Program-made: the position numbers and the translations under genes
NCBI RefSeq assembly: GCF_028641065.1
Contig: NC_073383.1
Location: forward strand, 21,700,001-21,764,000
Length of the DNA: 64,000 nucleotides
Source of the DNA: Leucoraja erinacea
Lineage: Eukaryota
Direction: 5' to 3'
Shown: positions 50,028-62,587 of the stretch, piece after piece
Layout of the letters: every line of letters starts with the position of its first letter
Numbering within the stretch: the first letter of the stretch is position 1
The notes under the pieces: model-generated
Told to the model about the DNA's origin: nothing
The model's database searches: none
Seen by the model: only the letters and a program-made list of their open reading frames with translations

Positions 50028-53000
50028 TTCAAACAAAAAGGAATTCGCAGCAATTCCTTGCGGATTTCGCAAGTACAGCTCGCAAGCGCCATGTTTCCTT
50101 TAACGAGTTCTTTGCAAGAGCTATTTGTTATATAACATGCATTGTAACCCACACTCTAACCAACTATACAAGGGGAAGTGCACTAACAGCGTAAACATAA
50201 AGGGAAATAACTCTCTCGACAGTGGGCACTTCACACCACTGCAATCAGACCCCTGCAATTTGGTAATATACGGTATTTTACTTCGTGTTCTCAATACATC
50301 TAGTATAAAGATGTTTTTTCCCCAAAGCAACTTGCTGCAAATTATGAAGCACATATGATGCACATTTCCCAATGTTGGCAATTATGAGTCAGACAGCTTC
50401 CGGATTAGCTTTGACATGATTTCCTGAAACCTTTTTAATTTGGTCGGGTTAAGAATAGGAAACAAGGGAAACTGAAGCACGTTGGTCACTCAGTTAGAAA
50501 CTGCACCATGGCGGCTGCATTCATTCAAACAAAAACAGTAATGCAGAAAGCGTGACAACTCGCAATAAATGTTCTGTGGTGTATTCTACACAGGTGAGAA
50601 AGAGGATGTTGGTTCTCAGTCTGTGGAGCTATCTGCTAACATATCGAGCCTCCATTTCTACCTACTATGGATTATTTCATTTATGTACCCGCCGATTCCA
50701 ATGAAGAAGAGAAGATAAAATGAAATACACCCCATCACAAACACACAATCCACAAGAAATTAAGTTGAATGGACACAACAAATCTTTATTTTTTGTATAT
50801 ATATTTATTGCAGAAATTCTTGAATCAGTTTGATGTGTAATTGTTCTTCTCGTTGCCAGCGAGGGAGGAAATTCATCAGGAGAGAAGAAGATGCCTGGCA
50901 GTTATTTGACATCGCCCTTTCCCCTTGCCTCATGCTTCCCGTGGATTGAGATATGTAGAAGGTAGATCATCTGATAGGATCTGGTCTGAAGCCGTGAAGA
51001 AATTTTACTGAGAAAATGCAAAACCGTCCCTTGAGATTAAATGGCTAAGCACCGATTTCTCAAACATAACTCATAATGTCCATACGCGCCGTGTTTCCTG
51101 TAGCTGGCGACGGGAAATTAAAATGAGGCGCAATGTTATAAGATATTCAAACTTTGAAATTCTATTAACTTTGATTTCGGAAATTATTTTATTTTCTGGA
51201 TTTGGATGGGGGAGGCTGGAGTATTGGCAGGACGTAGAGGAGAGTTTTCAGTAAAATACTGAGTTTATTAAAGAAACGAACGGATTGCAGAACCTAAATA
51301 ATCCAGTTGCACTGATTCATGAAAAGCGGTTCTAATGCGTGATTCTAAAGGTTGGAGTTTTTTGGATATATTTGTGTTATAAAAAATATGAAATTATGAA
51401 ATATAACTCCTTTCATAAGCCTCTATAGGTCAATTCTTCTAAAAAAAAACTACTTGATATTTGGACCATTCAACCCGCCAGTGAAACCCTACTAATAAGG
51501 TCAGATCTCGTACCATTGTCCACACGAACGCCACGGAGACCAATAATTGATCCACCAATACATAAAAAACAACAAACGCGACATAGCCCTCTGTTTGATT
51601 ATTTGGTTTATAAAATGATTATAAAGATGGTTCATTGTTTTAGATAGGGTTTTTTTCTGTAAGAAGGATCAGATCACAATTGCGCTTGGGGGGAAGCACC
51701 ACTGTCCACCCTATTGGCGCGGTGTGATTAGATTGTGAGAATCAGTTTTGAAAAATACTGGCTAAAAAATCGTCCAAAGAATACTCCTCCGGATTGATCA
51801 GACAATTGCGAAAATGAAATTTTCATATTACTTCACGTAAAATTGATGTAGCTTCTGAAAGAGTTTATCTGCTTGGTTGACTATGACCTCCCTGAGAATG
51901 TATAAATTCGATCAAATATGTTTGCTTTAACATAAAACGTGAAGCCAGATTTTTTTTTAATGGCAGATATTGTGTTGTAGTCTGCAATTTTGTCCCTTCT
52001 CGTTTTGAAATAGTTAATTGGTGTTTAATTTGGCAACTGTATCTGGCAGAAGCTGGGCATTGCAGAAGCATGGTCTCATTGTGCAACCTATGACTAAATT
52101 CGGTTCCATATCTGGAAACTGTTTCTGAAATTATCTTAACAACATTGCCTTATCAGAGTGGAGTCTGGACACCGCTGCTAATAATTTTATACTGCCAGCA
52201 ATTGTGTTTTTAGTTGTTTGCATAACATTGGTGGATGTATGTTTTTCCTCCCCCTCCCCAGAATCGTTTCCTGTTTGCTCTCATCGTTTTGTTTTGTTCA
52301 ACCTTACCATGACATTGTAATTTGTGCATAGAAGTGGACATCAAAAATCGTCTATTCCCGTGGTGGGCGTTTATATGGGGCTTGCGCGCCGGCCCTGCTG
52401 AAGTTTAAATGTGGCTTAATCGCCGGTTGTGTAAAGTTTAACGGCAAAATGGGAGGCTATTCGACAACTGTAGGCACTGCTTTAGCCTCCAACCTGTAAA
52501 GCGGAAAAGAATAAATTGGAACCTAGAAGTCTTCAGTTTGCCGAGTGATTTGTAGTATTAGAATTTTATTGTCGGTTTTTACGAGATTTGCTGATATACG
52601 TGTACAGTAGACCGCAGCTTTACACAAAACACTAACTTTTACAGCGTCGTTTTAGCCACACATGAGTCAGGCATGTGATCTGACTGGCCAATGACCACCC
52701 GAAGACTATTTAACTTAGGGCATAGATAAACTAATATTCTAATCATCAACTCTGTCATTAACTTTTATAACTGCATGTAAAAATACACCATCTCCAGTCT
52801 TTTTCATCCAACGATCAGATCTGCCGTGTTGTATGGCAGATGGGCACCCCGTGACTGCAGAGGTAAACACAAATAAAGTATATTCGATTTAATCTTGCAG
52901 AAACGACTGAAAACAGCCACAAAACGCTGGCTAAATAATAATTGCAGCGACCTCATTCTCAATCAACCCATAATGATTCTCTATCAAAACACACGTTACT

Positions 53001-53313
53001 TTTATTTTTCTTTGGGACACTGGTCGTAAAATGAAACAAGTACGCAGTTAAATTTAATCAACATTTATTAATTTAATCACATTCGACCATCATAAAAAGT
53101 GACTATTGCTGCGGAATACCTTGTATTTTTTATTTTTTTTGCTTATGTTTATTCACTGCATTTCGGAGAATAGGTAATTTTTGAGAATTTCCAGCCGCAA
53201 TACACCACCAATTAGTTTACACGCACAGTAATTAAGACACATCGCAAGTGCACAGTTTTTTTTCTATCATTAATTAAGTGTGTTCGCAATACATTCCAAA
53301 TAATCCATTCTAT

Positions 53314-53334
53314 TAGGCAGTTCATGTTGTTGGG
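53314..53334 (-). other. miR-196 near-perfect target site in the HoxD8 3' UTR
   Basis: mRNA CCCAACAACAUGAACUGCCUA against miR-196a UAGGUAGUUUCAUGUUGUUGGG: one G:U pair and one bulged miRNA U. Confidence 0.92.
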
Positions 53335-53732
53335 TGTAATCACAAATGCTAAATAAAATCAACAAACTAAATTAATCACGATTTCATTTTATATTTCCTC
53401 CTATTAAAAAGCAATAAAATCTTTATTCAGAATGGCTATTTCTTCTGGGATATTGCAACCTTCCACTTTTAAAGGGAGTTGCAGAATTCTATCCGGCGGT
53501 TGATACTATATATATATATCTGTCAGGGTGTATTCGAAAAGGTTACAATGATGCACACAGACCTCATTGGAAATAATGTTGAATTAAGGCTCGAAAGAAC
53601 TTGAAAAATCTGGTGGACTGTTCACACCAAACTAACCATCAATGTGCGGGAGGATTCAATCTGATCAACACGTATAACAGTGGAATTGGCACAAACTGAA
53701 TGACGTTCTTCTCGGAGGCCAAAGGGGTAAAG

Positions 53733-54028
53733 TTACTTGGTCTCTTTCTCTGATGTGTCCTGCTCGGGCTCTTCCTGTTCTTTCTTGACCTCTTCCCCCT
53801 CCTCGTCGTTCCGAGACGTTGGAAATTTGTCCTTGTTGTTTTCCTTTTTCCATTTCATTCTCCTGTTTTGAAACCAGATCTTCACCTGTCTCTCGGTCAG
53901 TCCCAGAGCATGAGAAACCTCGATCCTTCGCTTTCGAGTCAGATACGGATTGAACAGGAATTCTTTTTCCAGCTCCAGAGTTTGGAATCGGCTGTAAGTT
54001 TGTCTCCCTCGGCGTCTACCGGGCGCTG
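53733..54028 (-). CDS. hoxd8: HoxD8 exon 2 (homeobox)
   Basis: [66 protein letters not shown]; acceptor tttag|CAG (alternative exon start 54025). Spliced CDS is 240 aa. Confidence 0.95.
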
Positions 54029-54256
54029 CTAAACGGCACGAGAAACACAAAAAGACAAGAAAAAATTGAGTCAAATTTGCACGGTCAAATAACGACAAGA
54101 CTAGCCAAAAAAAGGCAGCGATTTTCGCTTTGCACGCTAATGCTACATAAAGAAAATGTTCCTATTAAAGCTGACTAGTACAGATAGCATTAAACACCTT
54201 GGCGGCAGAACTGAGCAGTAAAACGTGAGATGGAAGCTAATTTTAATATATCCAAC

Positions 54257-54683
54257 CTTGAGGTCTCATCCAGGGAAACATTTGAGTAGGAGACGAGCCC
54301 TGATTTAAGTGCTCTGGTTCTTCGCCAATATTACTGCTGGACGATTTACAGTCAGGATATTGTACCAGATCGGCCTCTTGCTGTGTCGTAAAAATTTGCT
54401 GTCTTTGTAAGTTATCGTATCCGTAAAATTTAGAGGGGTCACCATGACACGTAATTCCACAAGGATTCTGTTGAAAGCCAGTATTAGGAAGCGCTGATGT
54501 CCCATGATGGTAAAATTCTTGAACTTGAGCAGGGTGCTGGAAGCTCGCTCCGCTGCTGGGACCATACACCACAGCGTGTCTGCTGCTCACGTCCTGTGGA
54601 AAGCGGCAGTCGTAGTAAGTGGGACTTAGGGCTTCTCCTGGCTTGTACTTGGAGTAGAATGGATTTACAAAATATGAACTCAT
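54257..54683 (-). CDS. hoxd8: HoxD8 exon 1
   Basis: [25 protein letters not shown] and hexapeptide QMFPWMRPQ; donor CAAG|gttgga (phase 1). Confidence 0.95.
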
Positions 54684-57600
54684 CTGTGCAGATTCAAGAG
54701 TGGCCAATGAATATAAACAAAATAAATGCTTAAGCAGTTCTGGAGTGATATTATTGACTTGCTCGATCTACACACTGTTCATGATGGCAATGCAGGTCCA
54801 GTGTGCACTGATGCCCCGTGCAACATACTCGCTAATACTGAAGGTGCACCACTGCCTCAGTGCTGTGACTGCTTCACTTTGAAACCGCAGATCAGTTGTA
54901 AGCCGGCTGAAGAGATCTTTAGACTGCCGTTTACAGTTACTGCCTTCGCGGACAACACGTCTGTGCTGAGAAATGATATTTTTTTAGGAAAGTAGCGGGC
55001 ACACTGATCGGGGGGGAGAAAAAAAAGATAACATGCGGATTAATATATTCAGCACCCTCTCATTACAATTAGGCGGGCCGCATCACAGAAAACATGAAAT
55101 ACGTGCGCCACTCAGCTGAAGAGAAATGAAACTGGCCCGGTTACAGCACAGCAATTAGATTTCAGAACACAACAAGGTGAGACCGGTCTCAAGGTCAAGA
55201 CACAGTCAAAAAGGGGGAATGGGGGATGGGGGAGGCTCGAGGGCTAAAAGGTTAAAGTTAGAATTAACATTAGGGATTATTTGGTTTTGGATCTTTCTGT
55301 AAAGCTGGTAAAATCTGCTTGCGCCTGTCACTGTCTGTCTGTCTCTGTAGCTTCACACACACACATGTACACACACATATTATATATCTGTATCAATAGC
55401 CATCAATATATATAAGTATATAAACGTGTGTCTTATATTTATATAGGTACTTTGGCGCACGGATACCTGCCGTTTACCTACAAACTGAAGTGAGTTGGCA
55501 ATATTATTCCTATTATTAGGTCTAAATAGGAAGCAGATGCACAAAAATCCAACGCCTGTTTAAAATAAACTGTTTTACCTAATAGCATTAATATATTTTG
55601 TGAAACAATAGTCTACTAAGAACGGGGGAAAGAGTTATCCTTGACTCAGATTTAAAAAAAAATATGCTCGCTTGACTGAAACTTGGAGGTTAATTACTAG
55701 CTAATGAAAATCATGCTTCTGAATACAATTTCCATCATTTCACCCATGGCAGACGTCATTGGCGAGAAAAGCAGCTCGCGTCTGCAGGGCAGCACGAAGT
55801 TTGCAGACTGTGGTTGAAATTGCATCAAGAGCTGCAAAACCCGGGAGAAATACCAAGGCTAGGTTAGAGGCGTCCATTCCCAGGTTCACGAGTTGCCCAG
55901 AAATAAACCCCAATCTCAACTTCTCCCCCCCCCCCCTCCTCCTGTCCTCTCCCCCAATTCAAGCGACTGCGCTTAAAGTTTAATGGAAAAGAGTGCTTGA
56001 TCTGGTGAAACTTGAATTCACCAGTGAACTTTGTTCCTCACGCTCCGATGCTTGTCTCAATCCACAAACTGCTGCGGGGAAATAAAAACAGCAATGTTTT
56101 CAGTAACTGCTAACCAGAAGAATTCAAGTTCTTCCTGGATGCATGCACTGTATGTTCGTTCAAAGTGGGCACAACCGAGAATTTAAAGTCCAATATGTAA
56201 TGGACCACAGCAACTATATTCTGATTTTTTTTCATTTATTTGCATAAAATAAAAACACAGCTGACAATTCACAGTTTAAAACACGATGTATCCCCTAATC
56301 CTAATGTAACACTCCCACGTTTAAAGATTGAAATGGGTATAAACGGGATCATTTGCCCAATTTTAAATGTTTTCTAGACGGCGGACATCGGTCAGGGCCA
56401 CAGTCCAAGTATCCAAGAAAACACTTCCCAAAATATGGAATATTTACATTAATTTGCAATACAAAATATTCAGCATATTAATTTTGTTCCGCACATATAT
56501 ATGTGCGTGCAACTGATGTTCGCCAAGATATTTGGATGACCGCAAGTTTGGTTCGTTTAAGCACATTTATTTGGAAAGGTAAATTCAATTTAAGATTATT
56601 TTTACAATGCTCTTTTTTTTTACAAACCATTCACTTACAAACTTTAACATTTAAAAAAACTAGGCCTGACAGACTGGAAAGCCTACGTGTACAATAAGTT
56701 TCATTTCAACTGTGTTACCTGGTTTTTTTTGCCTTCTGAAAACAAATGCAACCCCATTTTTATCAAAAGACGATAAGTCAAAGATCAGAAAAACAGAAAT
56801 GAATACATATCCGATTTACTGAATAATTCTCTCAAAGATCAGCTGAAAACAAATGGAAAATAGATATAATTCTTTGCAATTATGCGATGTTGCTGGATAC
56901 ATTTTTAAGATAAAGCACCCAGTATATATTTAAAATGTAATTAGCCGCAAACGTCTCATTGGAAATCTTATAAAAAGGACTTACTTTTAATTGAAAAGTC
57001 ACTTCCAAACGGAGATTGTAATTTAAGATTCACCTGAAGATTTTATTCCCTGTTTTGTGCGGCCTCTGCATTATTTTAATGGAAATTGGTTTATTCCGGG
57101 AATCGTTCTAGCTGCAAAACCGTGCCACGAACAACCAGTGAGTGTGATGCGTTTTATTCTATTTTACTTTCAAAATCTCTATCTGCTTCCGAATGTTTGA
57201 AACTGTTTCAGAAAAATCAGGAAAAGACTGCATTTTCTGAAATACGTATTTTATTGAGAGGATTGTAAAATTTCCCCTCAGGCAAATAGAAAGCAAATAT
57301 CGTGCTTGGCTCAATTTGTTTTACTCTTTAACGGTCGAAATAAACATTTAAAACTGCAAAAAGAACTACACCTATTGTTATTTATAATTGTTAGTAAGGT
57401 CGCTCGAACGATGTGCTTTTTATTATACTAATGCAGCACTGGTTTAAACGTTACAATTTTCTTTATTGCTAAAGTCTTTTATTAACATTGCGAAAGGACA
57501 AAAAGCCTGATTTATCCTTTCTCTCGAATCCCACTCCGGTTTATCTATCGAGCCGACCTTGTTTATAGTATAAGCCTTGACCCATTGCTGAGAGATCACA

Positions 57601-58049
57601 TTTTAGAATTTCGGCAAATGAACATTATTCGAACAAAGGCAAGAGCAGGCACAAATATGGTGTTTTTTGTTAGAAAAATGAAATCACGGCGGCTTACAAC
57701 AGGTGTGCCTAGTTCTGAAAAATCTGGCCATTTTGTTCTTACAAATAATTTTATATAGAAAGCTTCTTCTATGTAATTAATTAATAATACGTTTCCATGA
57801 AATTAGTTGGACCTTTCAATGTTAAGCGAACGTATGTTTACGCGCGTTTAAGTCGCAACTATTTTATAGAGTTTACATTGTGTGCGATTTTTTTATTTTG
57901 AAAATCCTCTCAAAAGTCAGGGTTCGGCTTTTGCTGCATTCTAAATTAAAGAAAATTCTGTACAAGAATGATCTAGTTGCCTTTTAACCTCCTTTTATAT
58001 ATTTTTCCCGTTGTCACCCCTAGTCTAGAATTTGGTATAATGGAGCGAC

Positions 58050-58066
58050 GGCGCCCCCCGGTGGAC
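58050..58066 (-). promoter_or_regulatory. CTCF-like motif between HoxD8 and HoxD9
   Basis: Minus strand CCACCGGGGGGCGC, one mismatch from consensus, an isolated GC patch in AT-rich DNA. Confidence 0.7.
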
Positions 58067-61000
58067 AATCGTATGAACTACGACTAAATCGAACGCGGGC
58101 TACTTTTGTTCATTTTTAGTCGAATCACAGAATCAATTAAAATGGTCAAGAAAAAATTAAACACAAAAAAAGGTTCCTATATATACCAACGGATATTACA
58201 ACACTTCCATGTAAAATAAAGCAAAATTGACACTGAAACTGCTGGTTTCGTCTGCTCTAGTTTAGTTAACGTCGACTTTCTGGACGTCACAACGAAACTA
58301 TTGAAGTTCATAAAGTTGGGTGAGTGTTTGCAACTTTAATCGGTTGCTATTAGTCAGAATGTTTTCGTCTGCTATGTATATTTTACTGATACAGCGGTCC
58401 AAAACAAATATATAACTTACGGCTCCCAATCTTCTAGATATCTTATTTTCTAAAGAAAAAATATATTTATTTCGGTCCAAGAATTGAAAGTTGGGGCGAA
58501 GAAGGGCCAAGAAGGTGGGTGTAGAGCGATCGTGTGTGACTGCACATGTTTGCACAGACAATAAATAAACAGAGAGGCATAAGGGAGCCGTATTAGGAAC
58601 AATTACAATCTGAAAAACGTCCAAATATATTATTTTGCAGGCTAAGATAGAACGTCATCTGCTGTGTTCCATTTGCTGGTATCAGAGTCTTCGCTGAATA
58701 TGTGAATTGCTGTAACATTTGTGCGTGGTCAGGAATGTTTAACTTGGAATAAATCATGGAAGGTTAGAGCAAATTGATGGAACTTAGTTTTATTTAGTTT
58801 TGTTTTGATTCGGCGTTTAAACAATTTGCTACTAAAATTCAAATCGAATGTATTTGCATTTTGCATAACAAAACATTTTGCTAGTAGAAATACGTATCTC
58901 TGTTTTCCTGGTGTTTTCTCTCACAAGCCCTTCCGTTGATGAAGCTTGCAGATTCCTCGTTATGTTTATTCAATTGGACTACCGACGAGCGTTTTGTATG
59001 TAAATGTATGTTGCTGCGAATGTACCGCACTGATTTTTGTTTGCATATATGGTTGGGAATAGTTACAAATTTGTCCAGAATTTGTGAATTAATTGTTTTC
59101 GTCTCTTTAAATAGTGTCTGCATTTTATTTGTCGCCGACAGACAAAAACATTGAATTGGTGGATTTCAAAGAACACCGTAATTACACGAAGAAAACCATA
59201 AAGACATTAAGACGTCTAGCCAGCTGTGGGGTTTATCGTATCCCGTTCCTTCCTGTTTTAAAGTACTGTATGCAAAATCGTGGCAATAGATGGCGTTGCA
59301 ATTCAACACCTTCAGAAAACACAACATGTTTTCCAGGAGCTTCTGCAAAATGAGAACGGTTCTAATTGAAGAAATTCTCACAATTGTTTATAGTGGGATA
59401 TCGAACTGCGACAGCGGCGTGAAATTAAACATAGCTGTACATCTGTTTGTGCTTTGTGGTTGATTATTTCATCCCTGTTCAGCATCTTTCCAATAATACT
59501 TCGCGGTTGGTTGTATTTTTAATTTTCCCATCCTGCTACATGGTTTTGCAGGTGCTATATATATATATATATTTAAACAGTCTACTCAAACATGAAGGTA
59601 GAAATTATGGAACACCTATCAACAGTCTATAAATGTCTGCTCAAGAGTCGGTCTCCTACATGAAAGCGGGCACTAGCTCATATACCGAAGGAATATATAA
59701 GGCGATTTGGTTAAAAAGGATGAGCAACTTTATCTATTATCTATAGAAAGTGCATCAGTATGCGGTTGGTTGGTGATATCTAAAAGCCACGTGCAAAATG
59801 TCCAAAGTTTCAGAACAGGCTGTATAATTTAATCCAGCAAACAGGGCATTTCCATAAAATGAGTGCTAGTCAGATAATCGGAAGTAAATCGTATTTATGC
59901 CATCTTAATAACACCATCTAATCGACATTACTGGGTGTTTTCAATGTAAAACTGAGGCAAGGTATGATGTCAAACTAACGGACTATGTAGGTCCTCCTAC
60001 AATGTTCCGTTGTTTGCATCGGAAGAGTGTTTATCGACTTATAAACGACGTATTGCCCAGGCAGCCTAACCTAAGATGTTCATAAACATTTTATTGTAAT
60101 CTTATTAACCAAAAGTAAGGTGGAGAGGAGCGTGCATCAGTGGAACATGCCGCTTTTATTTATAGCATTTCGACTTTTGCAAGACAGTATAATTTTTATT
60201 GTCACATCTGTCCCAGCCATTAAATACCGTAGAGGATTTTGAGTAAATCAGAAAGTACGGTAAAACCATATTTTCTTCCATCCTCAGAGTTAATTCATTG
60301 CAATGGATTTGACTTATGTAGTGGCCCGAGAAACTGGCTCTTTATTAGATTGTTCAAATCGCCGACATGAAAGCAGGTCAGATTCTTGTCGCTAAAACCA
60401 AACGTGTTTCAGATTGTCCCAAACGCACAAAAAAAGACGCCCCTGTCTCCCAGCCACTGGGAAACTAACAACATTTAAACAATTTCCATTTATTTGTGTT
60501 CGATAGCCAAAATGTCTCTTGCTCAATGACACTTTTAAATTACTCGAGGACTAGATCATTTTCCAGGGTGACCGTGAAGCTTTTGCTAAGGTAACCTGAA
60601 ATATTATAAATAAATATTACATTGCCTTTATCAGCACAGTGGTGGTCTCATTACATCGGAAATTAACAACGTTTGCATTACATTCCACGGCGAACTGGCA
60701 TAAAAACGGCATAAATTGGCATTGTATCGTTTCCTTCAAAAGTTATCTCTAAACATTTTTTTTCTAGCAATACAGCAGATACACGGCATTTTAAATATTG
60801 CACATCCAAACGGGATGTTCAAATGTGCGTGTTTTGTCTGTATAAAACAAGTATATCAGTATTATGTCGTCAAAGTTCTAACGTAATACAACTAACGTGC
60901 TGACATCAGTTTAAATTTAGTTCAATGTAACCCATAGCAGCAAATCAGGAACAGCCACTCGATGCAAGGCAGTTGTTGAAACACAGAATTGTTCTGAAAC

Positions 61001-61110
61001 AGTACAACAAAGACCGTGCTTCGATCGACCAATCACCACCAGATAGATAGAACAGTTTTTACACAGTCTGTAGAGGTTTTCAGATCTTTCACTGGGAACA
61101 AGTTGGCAAA

Positions 61111-61352
61111 TCAAGACCCTTCGTTGTTTTTCACCTTGTTCATCTTTTTCATTTTCATTCTTCTGTTTTGAAACCAAATTTTTACTTGCCGCTCGGTAAG
61201 ATTTAAAATTCTAGCAACTTCATAGCGGCGGTCTCTGGTAAGATACATATTAAATAAAAACTCCTTTTCCAATTCAAGCGTTTGGTATTTAGTGTAGGGG
61301 CAACGCTTCTTCCTGGTAGAGCGAGCGTGGATCCAGTTGATTGCTGGATGAT
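61111..61352 (-). CDS. hoxd9: HoxD9 exon 2 (homeobox; correct frame not in the ORF track)
   Basis: Hand translation: [79 protein letters not shown]; acceptor cttccag|AT. Spliced CDS is 265 aa. Confidence 0.94.
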
Positions 61353-61895
61353 CTGGAAGTAAGCAATAAAGAAGAATTAAAAAGGGGTTAACTTCTCAAT
61401 ATCTTTACGTAAGATTTCAGACTTTCTCAAGGATTCCCACCAACTCAATAACCAAACCTACAGTACTCTTTTCTCGGTGAATATTTGTCAAGTTCAGGAC
61501 AGATATATTGAGAAATGGAGCGAGCAATTGCTCTCCGTACTTTTGAGTATGCCTAGACATGGCTTAATATCAAAACTGAACACAAACGCCTTGATAGGAG
61601 TGGTGAAAAAGCACAATTGTTTTAACTTCGATGAGGGCGGATGTTCGAATTTCGGAAAGCCCCTGTCAAATTCAGTGGGAACCAATGCAGCAACTTTAAA
61701 ATAAGGTTTTATAGTCTCGCGCAGATTTGTGTGCAAAAATTCTCTGTAAACAATAAAAAGTTTTTACTGCTAGCTGTGGCTTTTCAGACTTGGGTAGGCG
61801 TCTAGACATTTTTATAGGTTTGTAAAACCATCAGCTTTGCACACTCGGGTCTGCAGGTTCGGGGCTGTAAATCACTCTGCAATTCGTACACTTAC

Positions 61896-62451
61896 TTGGG
61901 TCAAGTTGCCGGGGGTTCTCTTCCTTGGGTTCACTGCTGCTCGTAGTCTCGGAGCTGGTACATCCAATCTCCTTGGGAAGCTTCTCCCTGCCCTCTCGGT
62001 AGGAAGTGCACGTGAATTCGGGAAGGCTGAGAGTTTGCAGCTCATAGGATGGGCACTCAGTTCTCTTGGCTGCTAGAGTTTCTGGCTTGATTCCGTAATG
62101 CCGGCCGGTTGGATGAAATCCGGGGAAAGAGACAGAAGTGGAGAGAGGTTCTAACCATGAGCGCGGGTATCTGGAATCTGCAGCTCCAAGGTGCGACGGA
62201 TGCATGAAAGGATGGTATATCCCTGTAACGGCGGCAGAGGATTGTGGATGGACGGGTGACCAGGGAGTGGAAAACACGGTTGACTTGGGGGTAAAACTGC
62301 AGGAGGAAAAATCTGAGCTGTCCGTTACACCTGATGGCCTTGAAGCTGTGCCGTGGACTCCTTGTGCACGTCTCGCTGCGTACAAGTCCTCTGTCTCCTG
62401 CCCTATCAAAGAATCAACATAATAATTGTGTATGGTGCCACCGGTCGACAT
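61896..62451 (-). CDS. hoxd9: HoxD9 exon 1
   Basis: MSTGGTIHNYYVDSLIG, DFSSCSFTPKSTVFS, RSWLEP and RHYGIKPE Hox9 motifs; donor CCAA|gtaagt (phase 1); an in-frame upstream ATG at 62472 is possible. Confidence 0.94.
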
Positions 62452-62565
62452 TTTAGCCTCTCTCGCTTTCATAGAAAAGGTTACACTGGGAAGTGTATCT
62501 GATACCTTCACCCTGAACAATCATAGTATTTTGCCGACTGCAGCCGCAGCGATTGGTTGCGCGAT

Positions 62566-62587
62566 TCACGTGACTGTATTTACCAAT
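62566..62587. promoter_or_regulatory. HoxD9 proximal promoter: E-box plus CCAAT
   Basis: TCACGTGA-n9-CCAAT about 115 bp upstream of the ATG. Confidence 0.65.

Noticed and set aside
50410-50455. Minus-strand CAAATTAAAAAGGTTTCAG resembling decayed homeobox helix 3 (QIKIWFQ)
   Set aside because: Needs two deletions, flanks do not extend the match, and it lies on the wrong side of the orphan promoter to be HoxD7.
52096-52106. 11-mer AAATTCGGTTC matching part of miR-10b
   Set aside because: No hairpin or seed; such a match somewhere in 64 kb is plausible by chance.
53314-53334. Plus-strand sequence resembling a mir-196 gene
   Set aside because: No hairpin partner arm; it is the antisense view of the target site in the HoxD8 3' UTR.
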